A stretch of 64,000 bases of DNA, from positions 388-64,387 of the forward strand of contig JANMHA010000203.1 of the NCBI GenBank assembly GCA_031374925.1, in the 5' to 3' direction. This document shows, piece by piece, positions 1 to 8,449 of the stretch; position 1 is the first letter of the stretch, and each line of letters opens with the position of its first letter. A program made the translations under genes and the position numbers. This stretch comes from Pirellula sp. (GTDB lineage: Bacteria > Planctomycetota > Planctomycetia > Pirellulales > Pirellulaceae). The notes under the pieces are model-generated. The model searched no databases. It was given only the letters and a program-made list of their open reading frames with translations, and was not told the origin of the DNA.

Positions 1-2052
1 AAGATCCGTGGAAACACCTAGTTTAAACGATTCTAACTGATGGCATGAACGGCAATCGCTAATCTTTGGCAGCGCCAGGTGAGGCGTATGGTCGAACTTG
101 GTGATCGGAGAGAGGTTGGCTGCTCGAACTTTCGATTTCCAGCATGTATTCGATCCTTCAGCAGAAGCAAACATCACTTGACTCAATGGACTCTGGTTTG
201 CTTGGCGAAAGGAACTGGTCCAGTTGTCATGGTGCAATGGTTGGTCGTGTTTGAGTGCAGCTTGAAGTAAGTGACACTGTCGACACTGTTGCGCCATGGC
301 GATTTTGTTCTGCCCTCCATTGCTGGATAACAAGTTTGTACTTGGTCTCAATTCCTCTAGCTCGATCCATTTCGAGAGCCACCCGTCAGCATGTCCATTC
401 GGTACGTAGACGATGGCCATCCGTTGTCGATCGATCATCCAGCCACCAAAGGCAAGTTGATCCCAAGCTCGAGAGTCTTTGAACCGTTCCGCAATGGAAC
501 TCTGGTCGCTTTGCAAATCCAAGGGGCTGCTTGAATCCTTCGACAGCAATTCTTCGTCGTTTGGATTCAACTTGGAACTATCCTTCCCGAGCAAATCGTC
601 GCCGAGCAAATCGTCATCTTCGCGTCGAAGGCTTGTGGATAGGTGTACCGGCGAAAGGCTTTGATGGACTTTTTGGGCTATCTCTGACGTGGTCCTCCTG
701 GCCTCAAACCATTCCAACCATGCGGCTCGGAATAGGTCGGGTGGAACGCCAATGGCAAATCGGTCGAGCCAGGGACTTGATTGCACATCCTGTTCGCTTG
801 CAAGCAGTGTGCCTGACGTCGAAACCAATCGTTCCACAGACGAACGAAACCCTCTCTGTCCTTCGTTGGCCAACTTCTGCATCAGTTGCTTCGTCATCAG
901 CGACAGTTTCAACAACGTCGCTCGAGCCTGTTCGTCTTTCGTATCGAGGTCGACCAATCGGCCTGTCGAAGGCAATTCGTTAAGAAGAGCTTGGCCGCCA
1001 GGTTCGGACTCGATTAGCATTCGCATAATGGGTGGGATGGTGCCGTCCGTCAACTGACTTGCTTGTGTCGGCCAATTGCCGATGTCCGTCCCAGCGCTCA
1101 TCAATTCCTTGAGATTCAGACTCGGGATTTGGAGAACGATTAAGCCCTCTTGAATGGCTGATTTGACAGGCGCACTATGGCATGTTGCGCACGCTTGTTC
1201 GAAAGAGACGCCACGAAAGACCTGACCTACCACCCCAACTTGATTCACTTGGAGGTGACACACTTTGCAGTCGAAGCTAGTGGCCTTTTTCGAAAAGTGC
1301 AAATCGCGATGCTTCAGGTGATCGAATGCAATATTCTTCGTCTGGTCGTATGGGTAGTTCTTGAATTCAGGGTGATCGGTGGAAAACGAATGAAACTGCT
1401 CGCGGTGACATGCTTGGCATCTAGCTGAAGTCATTTCTTTTAGATCGTGCGACGAGCCTTGATGCTCGCGATGGCATTGGCTGCATTCGGTCGACTTGTC
1501 TTTCCAAGCGATGGGTGATCGGCTAAGCCATCGAGCCCAGTTGGATTGCGACTTAGGTCGATCACTAATGGCGACCAACTCACCGAGGGACTGGCCATGT
1601 AGATCGTGGGGTGAGCCATGGACTGCGTCTGGCATTTCCTGGATATGGCATTTCAAGCAAAGTTCGGATTGCTTGGTCGTGCCGGATGTCACGTCATTGC
1701 CCGGGTGACAGGCGGCGCATCGGCTTTCTGAATCGATTCCGTACGGGCCGTCGATCCCCGGTTGGACCGAAACGAGAAGCTGCGCATGGGATCGCGAAAG
1801 AGGACCGGGGGCAAACGCCCGTTTGCTACCGAAGTTGCTCCACGCAAGACTGACAACAATCAAGGCAGCCAGCGTCGCAGACACTTGGAAAGTACGGCTC
1901 CACCAATCGAGTGTCCTGAGGGGTCGACAGACTTGAGTTGGATCGGAGTGACTTTGAGAGCATCGTCTACCTATTGGACCGAGTGGACACGGATCGCCTG
2001 TGGGAGAATTCCCACATTTGAAAAGTTGGCGAGGAAGCCGGTAGTGGTTCAT
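1..2052 (-). CDS. Membrane-anchored multiheme cytochrome c (at least 8 CxxCH), 3'-truncated by the window edge
   Basis: Absent from the ORF track because it has no stop in the window. Manual translation from ATG at 2052 (MNHYRLPRQLFKCG...) stays open to position 1 (684 codons). Motifs: CAACH 1705-1719, CLKCH 1645-1659, CSQCH 1471-1485, CQACH 1405-1419, CKVCH 1255-1269, CATCH 1177-1191, CRQCH 271-285, CRSCH 40-54. N-terminal hydrophobic helix FQVSATLAALIVVSLAW. Starts 8 nt after the upstream stop. Confidence 0.92.
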   Translation of the reverse strand, partial: MNHYRLPRQLFKCGNSPTGDPCPLGPIGRRCSQSHSDPTQVCRPLRTLDWWSRTFQVSATLAALIVVSLAWSNFGSKRAFAPGPLSRSHAQLLVSVQPGIDGPYGIDSESRCAACHPGNDVTSGTTKQSELCLKCHIQEMPDAVHGSPHDLHGQSLGELVAISDRPKSQSNWARWLSRSPIAWKDKSTECSQCHREHQGSSHDLKEMTSARCQACHREQFHSFSTDHPEFKNYPYDQTKNIAFDHLKHRDLHFSKKATSFDCKVCHLQVNQVGVVGQVFRGVSFEQACATCHSAPVKSAIQEGLIVLQIPSLNLKELMSAGTDIGNWPTQASQLTDGTIPPIMRMLIESEPGGQALLNELPSTGRLVDLDTKDEQARATLLKLSLMTKQLMQKLANEGQRGFRSSVERLVSTSGTLLASEQDVQSSPWLDRFAIGVPPDLFRAAWLEWFEARRTTSEIAQKVHQSLSPVHLSTSLRREDDDLLGDDLLGKDSSKLNPNDEELLSKDSSSPLDLQSDQSSIAERFKDSRAWDQLAFGGWMIDRQRMAIVYVPNGHADGWLSKWIELEELRPSTNLLSSNGGQNKIAMAQQCRQCHLLQAALKHDQPLHHDNWTSSFRQANQSPLSQVMFASAEGSNTCWKSKVRAANLSPITKFDHTPHLALPKISDCRSCHQLESFKLGVSTDL

Positions 2053-2060
2053 TTGGATCC

Positions 2061-2966
2061 CTACCAACTGCTCGTGAATCGATGAGCGACGACCACATGA
2101 GCGATCGTTAGAACGAGAAAACCACCTAGTACCCAAGTATGAGCGCTGGCCCAAAAGCGGATACGATTTTGAATAGCGGATTGGAAATCAAGATCATCCT
2201 TGGCTTGAACAAGCGAGCTCATTTCTCGACGTTGGTTGCGTCCATCTTCGCTCAGATAGCGGTCGATGTTTTCAAGACCGGCCAGAAGTCTTCGACGCGC
2301 GCTTCCGGTAGGGCTCAATCGGTAAATCAGACTTCGTCTTGTTGCAAAAAACGGACTCAAGTGACCGCGATAATGGTCTGCCAAGGCTGCGCTATCATTC
2401 TTGCCTGCGGATGTCAGTGCTAATTCGAGGGCTTGCTTTGCAATAAACCTAGTTCGTACTGGGATATCTTGTCGCAAGACTTGTGGGCCCGCAGCTCTTA
2501 ACACGCGTGGCGAACTTCGATTCACATACCAACCAATCAATCCACTCAGTGCGATTGACCAAAAACTCAATGCCAACAGGGACTCGAGCCAGCCTGTGGT
2601 GAACATTCCGGCGTGGAGCGCATACGTACCCACGCTTAGCATTCCAAGATAATGGTGGGTTTGTTGCCAAATCGCTAACCGCCCGATTGGAACCGACAAG
2701 ACTCGCTTCCTCAAGCCCAGCAGCATCAGGAAAACACATATCGAGGCCAATGCGTATCCAGTCACAAAGGCTTCGTGTTGTAGACTCGCGGCCGATTGAT
2801 TTCGAAGGTTTCGCAGTAGAAGCCAAACGACAAAGACGGTTGCACTGGGAATCAGTCTGCGACCGAAGCGGCCATGCAAAGCTGACAAAGCTTGAACCCA
2901 GGTCGTTGCGGCACTGGCGTGAATTTGTATCTTGGAAGCCACTAGAGAGCCCTCTTCGTCAGCCAA
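2061..2966 (-). CDS. Integral membrane protein, ferric-reductase/cytochrome b-like, with candidate heme-ligating His
   Basis: About 5 hydrophobic segments, with His in WQQTHHYLG, YALHAG, WASAHTW and TIAHVV. Overlaps the upstream Fe-S gene. Exact start uncertain. Confidence 0.75.
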   Translation of the reverse strand: MADEEGSLVASKIQIHASAATTWVQALSALHGRFGRRLIPSATVFVVWLLLRNLRNQSAASLQHEAFVTGYALASICVFLMLLGLRKRVLSVPIGRLAIWQQTHHYLGMLSVGTYALHAGMFTTGWLESLLALSFWSIALSGLIGWYVNRSSPRVLRAAGPQVLRQDIPVRTRFIAKQALELALTSAGKNDSAALADHYRGHLSPFFATRRSLIYRLSPTGSARRRLLAGLENIDRYLSEDGRNQRREMSSLVQAKDDLDFQSAIQNRIRFWASAHTWVLGGFLVLTIAHVVVAHRFTSSW

Positions 2967-4786
2967 GTTTCGAGGGAATGCGTCTCACTGGTGTCGATTC
3001 GAAACAGTGCTTGGTGTGGGCAAGCGTTTTGACAAGAGGGACCGGTCTTCAATTGCTGACACAAATCGCATTTGGACGCTTGCAGGATGGGAAGCTGCGT
3101 CTTGCGGTCCACAGCAGCCCGCCCTTTCTTGTCTCGCACTTGGATCATAACGATATTGTCGTAGGGGCAACTTTCCGAGCAAGTCTTACAGCCGATACAG
3201 GTTTGCGAGTCGATCGAAATCACTCCCGAATCTTGGTCCCTAGCAATGGCACCCGTCGGGCAACCGATCATGCACACAGGATCTGTGCAGTGCATGCAGG
3301 CATGGGCAAATAGGAGAGGGCCGAACTGCGGGCCATTGCGAACGAATCGTGGCGTTCCATCGTGTGTCGCAGCACAAGCCTTCACGCACTCGTCGCAGCC
3401 CGTGCAGCGATCCAGGTCAATCAACATGGTCTGCTTGCCATTGATGAGTCTCTCATCCACTAGAAACTCGACCAAGGACGTTTCTAAGTTGGATAGTGAT
3501 TTTTCGGCAGGATAAGTATTTCCTAAGCTGGAGGGGGGTAAAACCTCGGAGACCACAAGCCCCCCTGAGTCGTAACGAGGATTTGCTATCGGCTTAGGCA
3601 ACTCGGAGTTGCGAATTTTCGGCAGTATGTGCGTTAAGACGAATTCGCTCGGGATTCGAAGAATGTCCACGAACCCAAGAGCTCGCAACGATTCTTGGTA
3701 TGGCAATGGTTTGTTGGCTGGAAAACGGAATCGATGCGCCAACTCCGCGAGGCCGAACACATGCCCTCGTCCAAGATAGGCGATCGTCTGATGGCCACGG
3801 CCTTGTTGAAAACTAAGCCTCGCAAACCCTGCGCGAATGAGGATCAGATCCTTGACCACTTGCCCCTCGGCGGCAATCAATGGTTCACGTGCGATCTGAG
3901 ATTGAACGTCCAGTTTCTGCGTATCGCGATACTCGGAGAACCATTCTCGCTCACCAATGGATTGGATGTTCGTCTGGGCAATTACTTCTGCCATCGAGTC
4001 ATCATCTAGAAATCGCAGCAACGGAGTTTCTCGAAGATGCGTTTGCAGGCTCGTTTCGCGAAATCGAGTATCAAGATAATCCCGAAAGGTCTTGTCGCGT
4101 CGCATCATCCTAAGACCTTGCCAACGGATTTCTAAGACCACAGTTGGACTGTTGGCAACCACGGTGTACCGATGCTGGCTCCGCGTGATAGCGGCCATCT
4201 CACCAAAGATTTCGCCAACGCCGAGAGGTTCTGACTGGAAGCCATGGATGACCGCGCTGATATCTTGTAGGAAGATCCTGTTCTTTCCCTCGACAGTCTC
4301 AACTTGCTGGAGCGGCGTCGGTCGATTCTTGTCGGCGCTTGCGATTTGACTACCGCTACGGCTTCCTTCGCGACGATTTTCGTTGCTGGTAGCGCTCGGA
4401 TGCGGGCTGTTTTTGAATTGTCGCTTTAGCCAATCCAGCCAAGTTGATGGCTGAGATATATCCGTAGGCTTGCCACGCGGTTGCCATAGGGCCTCCAGGA
4501 ACGCTCGAACGGACCCTCTCAGAACAAGATAGGCACTACCACCGTAGTCTCCTTCGCGAATGACAATGTCGCCAGGCTCAAAACGAAGAATTCTACAATC
4601 ATGGCGTAGGATATCCTCCAAGGAGCTATGGGATGGAAAGACATCAGAATTCATCTCGGAAAACGGCGGATGATCCAATATCCAACCAACAGCGCGCGTC
4701 AGCATTTCGGGATCCAACGGGTGGTCCCAACGCACCGGTCGATCCATCGCTATCTGATCGCTGAAATGTGTTTTCATAAGCCTCAT
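2942..4786 (-). CDS. Tandem cyclic-nucleotide-binding domains fused to a DmsB/NrfC-type 4x[4Fe-4S] ferredoxin domain
   Basis: cNMP-like motifs FEPGDIVIREGDYGGSAYLVLRGSV...GEIFGEMAAI and LIAAEGQ...LGRGHVFGLAEL. Cys motifs CTGCDECVKAC, CMHCTDPVCMIGCP, CIGCKTCSESCP and CDLC...CQNACP. Confidence 0.9.
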   Translation of the reverse strand: MRLMKTHFSDQIAMDRPVRWDHPLDPEMLTRAVGWILDHPPFSEMNSDVFPSHSSLEDILRHDCRILRFEPGDIVIREGDYGGSAYLVLRGSVRAFLEALWQPRGKPTDISQPSTWLDWLKRQFKNSPHPSATSNENRREGSRSGSQIASADKNRPTPLQQVETVEGKNRIFLQDISAVIHGFQSEPLGVGEIFGEMAAITRSQHRYTVVANSPTVVLEIRWQGLRMMRRDKTFRDYLDTRFRETSLQTHLRETPLLRFLDDDSMAEVIAQTNIQSIGEREWFSEYRDTQKLDVQSQIAREPLIAAEGQVVKDLILIRAGFARLSFQQGRGHQTIAYLGRGHVFGLAELAHRFRFPANKPLPYQESLRALGFVDILRIPSEFVLTHILPKIRNSELPKPIANPRYDSGGLVVSEVLPPSSLGNTYPAEKSLSNLETSLVEFLVDERLINGKQTMLIDLDRCTGCDECVKACAATHDGTPRFVRNGPQFGPLLFAHACMHCTDPVCMIGCPTGAIARDQDSGVISIDSQTCIGCKTCSESCPYDNIVMIQVRDKKGRAAVDRKTQLPILQASKCDLCQQLKTGPSCQNACPHQALFRIDTSETHSLETWLTKRAL

Positions 4787-5000
4787 TTCTGAGGACAGTT
4801 CTCCGATATTGACGTATCCGCGGACGGATTAGCGCCCAAACTCAAATTGGAAAAATCCATCCTGGGAGTTTCCACGAAAGGCCGTGGTGAACTCAAGGCC
4901 ATTTTTTGGTTTTCAGGCTTCGGGTTTCAGACTTCAGGAGCGACATGGCCTAGATCAAATCTGATAGATTTGGGGCCGATTTAAGTTTGTGCAGTGTCCA

Positions 5001-5155
5001 AGATTTGGAGTGCGGAGATTTATCACCGCTTTTAGATTACACGCCGGTGGTGGGAATCCGATGCCCGTCGTCGTAAAATCAATGGCCAATCCATTACTTC
5101 GGTTCCGGACGCCGGACGATCTAAAAGCTCCGATAAATCGGAGCACTCCAAATTT
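5001..5155. repeat. Inverted pair of TTTGGAGTG-type REP-like hairpins (REPIN-like doublet)
   Basis: 5001-5037 agatttggagtGCGGagatttatcaCCGCttttagat. The reverse complement of 5119-5155 is aaatttggagtGCTCCgatttatcGGAGCttttagat. Confidence 0.8.
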
Positions 5156-5201
5156 GGCGTAACGCGAGAAATTGAATAATCCTTCCAATAATGAATTCCA
5201 A

Positions 5202-6296
5202 ATGTCCCGATCCTCAATTCTTTTCTTACTAGGCTGCTCGTTTGCCCTCTGCAGTTTTTCGATTTCTGTTGGGGACTGGTCCATTCAGACTTTTGCTGGC
5301 ATTGGCACGCAAGGCTTCAACGGTGATGGTGGACCGGCAACTGAGGCTCAACTTGACAATCCGTTCGGTGTGATTCGCGGACCTGATGGCTGTATTTGGT
5401 TTTGCGAATACTCGGGACAACGAATTCGACGTGTTCGTCGCGATGGCAACATAGAAACCATGGCGGGCAACGGAATGAAAGGCTACGAGGGTGACGGAGG
5501 ACCAGCCTTAAATGCTAGCTTTAACCTTCCGCATGAGATTCGTTTCGACAAAGCCGGGAATCTTTACGTGGTAGATATGATGAATCACGTGGTTCGAAGA
5601 ATCGATGGCAAAACAGGGGTCATCTCCACGTTCGCTGGGACCGGCCGAATGGGGTATTCTGGTGACGGCGGGCCGGCTTCGAAGGCGGAATTCAAACAGC
5701 CCCATAGCATCCAGTTCGGTCCTGACGGCCAACTTTATGTTTGCGACATCGGCAACCATGTTATTCGTCGCATTGACATGACGACCAACTTGGTAACCAC
5801 TTTTGCAGGAACGGGAAAACCTGGCTCGACCACCGACGGGTCTGAGATTTCAGGAACTCCACTCAATGGCCCGCGTTCGATCGATTTTGATCGGCAGGGC
5901 AATCTTTGGCTGGCAACTCGAGAGGGAAATCAAGTATTCAGAATGGACCTCAAGGCGGGCCGGATTTACCACATTGCTGGTACTGGCAAGAGCGGGTTCC
6001 AAGGAAACGGCGGACCAGCGAAAGAAGCTATGCTAAAAGGTCCCAAGGGAATTGCTATCGATAGCGACGACAACGTTTGGCTCGCGGACACCGAGAGCCA
6101 CAGCGTCCGGATGATCGATGCTAAGACTGGAAATCTTGAATTGGTTGCTGGGACAGGCAGCCTCGGCGATGGACCTGATGGCGATCCGCTGAAGTGCAAC
6201 CTTGCAAGACTGCATGGGATTTTCGCCGATGCGGATGGTTCGATTTTCATCGGTGATAGCGAAGCTCACAAAGTCCGTGTCCTGCGCAAGAAATAG
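5202..6296 (+). CDS. Secreted NHL-repeat beta-propeller protein
   Basis: Signal peptide followed by repeated AGxGxxGxxGDGGPA...P motifs. ATG 5202 preferred over TTG 5172. Confidence 0.88.
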   Translation: MSRSSILFLLGCSFALCSFSISVGDWSIQTFAGIGTQGFNGDGGPATEAQLDNPFGVIRGPDGCIWFCEYSGQRIRRVRRDGNIETMAGNGMKGYEGDGGPALNASFNLPHEIRFDKAGNLYVVDMMNHVVRRIDGKTGVISTFAGTGRMGYSGDGGPASKAEFKQPHSIQFGPDGQLYVCDIGNHVIRRIDMTTNLVTTFAGTGKPGSTTDGSEISGTPLNGPRSIDFDRQGNLWLATREGNQVFRMDLKAGRIYHIAGTGKSGFQGNGGPAKEAMLKGPKGIAIDSDDNVWLADTESHSVRMIDAKTGNLELVAGTGSLGDGPDGDPLKCNLARLHGIFADADGSIFIGDSEAHKVRVLRKK

Positions 6297-6441
6297 TATC
6301 GCATTGTAGCGATGGGAAACTAAATGACGCCGTTTGGCAGGGTCTGATGCAGGTTGAGCGGGAGTTTGTCTTCACTCAGTCTTGTTTTGACGTACTACCT
6401 AGCCATACGACTCTCACTTATTGATTTAGGAATCATTCTTA

Positions 6442-7527
6442 ATGCAGTACTTACGCCGGTTATTTGTTTTGGGATTTGCAACTTGTTTGGTACCTGCAAC
6501 GCTTGTTGTCGAAGCGTCGTTTGGAGCGGACCGCATACTGTTGGTTGCTGGCGGACAGAACAACGCAGTCGACATTCCTGCAACCGAAGCATTGCTCATG
6601 GAGCCCTTTGGCACGGCATTCGATGCAACCCATCAGCTTTGGATCGTGGAAATGGCATCGGGCAATAGACTGCTAAAGATTTCTAAAACGGGGTTGTTAT
6701 CGCATGTTGCTGGGCGAAAAGAGCTTGGTTTCAGCGGCGACGGCGGGCCGGGCCTGGATGCGCAATTCAATGGGCCACACAATTTGGCGATTCGCGATGA
6801 TGGTCGAGTCCTCATTGCGGATACTTGGAATGGGCGTATTCGCCAGGTAGATCCCAAAACCAAATTGGTCAATTCGTTAAAAGGTTTCGAGGTACCGATC
6901 GACAAGGCAAAGGGATTCGGTCCGTATTGCATTTCAGCGGATAGTTCTGGTACGCAACTTTATATAGCTGACTTGCATCGCATCCATCGGCTGGATCTAG
7001 AAACTGGCACGTCGAAGGTGGTTGCGGGGAATGGCGAAAAAGGAATTCCGAATGATGGAGCTATGGCGGTGGATTCCCCATTGGTGGACCCTCGGGCCGT
7101 AGCTTCCGATCGACTTGGCAATGTTTATATTTTGGAACGAGGTGGAAATGCTCTACGCGTGGTCCGACCCGATGGCACCATGCAAACCGTCGTGAATACA
7201 AGTGGCAAGAAAGGGACCGAGACCTCCGTAATCGAACCAGCCCTCGATGCAATGATGAATGGTCCAAAGCATCTTTGCATAGACCTAATGAATCGTGTTA
7301 TCATCGCAGATGCCGAGAATCATCTGATCCGCCGTTACGATCCGAGCGACGGAACCCTTTGTCGAATTGCTGGAACCGGGGTCTCGGGTCCTGAGGGAGT
7401 GGGAGGACGCCCGCTGGATTGCCAACTTTCGAGACCGCATGGCGTTACGGTTCATCCACAATCGGGCGAAATTTATATCACCGACAGCTACAACCATCGA
7501 ATCCTGAAAATATCGGAAAAACCATAG
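6442..7527 (+). CDS. Secreted NHL-repeat beta-propeller protein (paralogous type to the upstream gene)
   Basis: Signal peptide; GFSGDGGPG...FNGPHNL, PRAVASD, IADAENHLIRR and ITDSYNHRI repeats. Confidence 0.88.
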   Translation: MQYLRRLFVLGFATCLVPATLVVEASFGADRILLVAGGQNNAVDIPATEALLMEPFGTAFDATHQLWIVEMASGNRLLKISKTGLLSHVAGRKELGFSGDGGPGLDAQFNGPHNLAIRDDGRVLIADTWNGRIRQVDPKTKLVNSLKGFEVPIDKAKGFGPYCISADSSGTQLYIADLHRIHRLDLETGTSKVVAGNGEKGIPNDGAMAVDSPLVDPRAVASDRLGNVYILERGGNALRVVRPDGTMQTVVNTSGKKGTETSVIEPALDAMMNGPKHLCIDLMNRVIIADAENHLIRRYDPSDGTLCRIAGTGVSGPEGVGGRPLDCQLSRPHGVTVHPQSGEIYITDSYNHRILKISEKP

Positions 7528-7532
7528 TGGCA

Positions 7533-7646
7533 CGTGGCGGATGCTGCCAGCATCCGAGCCGACGCACCGTTGTAGTCGACGCACCGTTGTAGTCACCGTG
7601 GCGGATGCTGCCAGCATCCGAGCCGACGCTAGCAGCGTCGGCCACG
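7533..7646. repeat. Cluster of three GTGG-type REPs matching the RAYT-flanking family at 62-63 kb
   Basis: cGTGG-CGGATGCT-gcc-AGCATCCG at 7533-7556 and 7597-7620, with an inverted copy at 7623-7646. The spacer holds a 17-bp tandem duplication, cgacgcaccgttgtagt. Confidence 0.88.
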
Positions 7647-7737
7647 ACACTATTGCCTTGTCGGAGTACAATTGTCGCCATTGAGGTTCGTTTTCGGAAA
7701 CAACCAATTGCTTTTTCTCATCCATTTGGAGTTAGTA

Positions 7738-8343
7738 ATGTCGCAATTCAAGGCGATTGTCCATTTCCTGATGCTCGCGGGCTTGTGTTGTGTTTTCGGT
7801 TGCTCGGAAGCCAAGCCGACGGGTAAGATCACGTCCAAGGTTTTCTTTGATCTCGCGGTTGGGGATGAAGACGCGGGACGCATAGTGATGGGGCTCTACG
7901 GCGAGGACCTACCCAAAACAGCCGAAAACTTCCGATGTTTGTGCACCGGTGAGAAAGGGATTGGAAAACTTGGGAAACCGTTGCATTACAAGGGGAGTAC
8001 GTTTCACCGCATCATCCCAAGATTCATGCTGCAAGGGGGAGATTTTACCAACGGAAACGGAACGGGTGGCGAGAGCATCTACGGCGAAAAGTTTGACGAC
8101 GAAGCCTTCAAGTTCACGCACGCAGAACCTGGACTGCTGAGTATGGCCAATGCTGGCAGAAATACGAATGGCTCGCAGTTTTTCATCACCACTGTTCCAA
8201 CCGAGTACCTTGACGGCAAGCATGTCGTCTTTGGACGCGTATTGGAAGGGATGGACGTAGTCAAAAAAATTGAACGACTTGGCAGTGCTTCTGGGGACAC
8301 ACAAGCCATTATAACCATTCGTGACTGCGGCGAGTTGAAATAG
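7738..8343 (+). CDS. Cyclophilin-type peptidyl-prolyl cis-trans isomerase, probable lipoprotein
   Basis: [34 protein letters not shown] and [11 protein letters not shown]. Lipobox-like VFGC. GGAG ribosome-binding site before ATG 7738. Confidence 0.95.
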   Translation: MSQFKAIVHFLMLAGLCCVFGCSEAKPTGKITSKVFFDLAVGDEDAGRIVMGLYGEDLPKTAENFRCLCTGEKGIGKLGKPLHYKGSTFHRIIPRFMLQGGDFTNGNGTGGESIYGEKFDDEAFKFTHAEPGLLSMANAGRNTNGSQFFITTVPTEYLDGKHVVFGRVLEGMDVVKKIERLGSASGDTQAIITIRDCGELK

Positions 8344-8348
8344 ATCAC

Positions 8349-8449
8349 GTAGGTCCGCATCTCCGAGGCGGACATCTCAGCGTCTCGGAGATACGCTGCT
8401 ACAGCGTCGGAGATACGTTGCTACAGCGTCTCGGAGATACGCTGCTACG
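8349..8449. repeat. GTAG-type REP cluster (4 units, loop ATCTCCGAG) between convergent genes
   Basis: GTAG-GTCCGC-atctccgag-GCGGAC at 8349-8373. Three inverted tandem copies of GTAG-CAGCGT-atctccgag-ACGCTG at 8378-8448, one of them degenerate. Confidence 0.85.

Noticed and set aside
79-2085. Many short plus-strand ORFs in the track
   Set aside because: They are antisense shadows of the minus-strand multiheme cytochrome ORF (2052 to <1).
7533-7646. Repeat-spacer-repeat pattern resembling a mini CRISPR (also 8349-8449, 25558-25860, 63036-63118)
   Set aside because: Units are inverted or directly tandem, spacers are not unique or of constant length, and there are no cas genes. REP clusters explain them.
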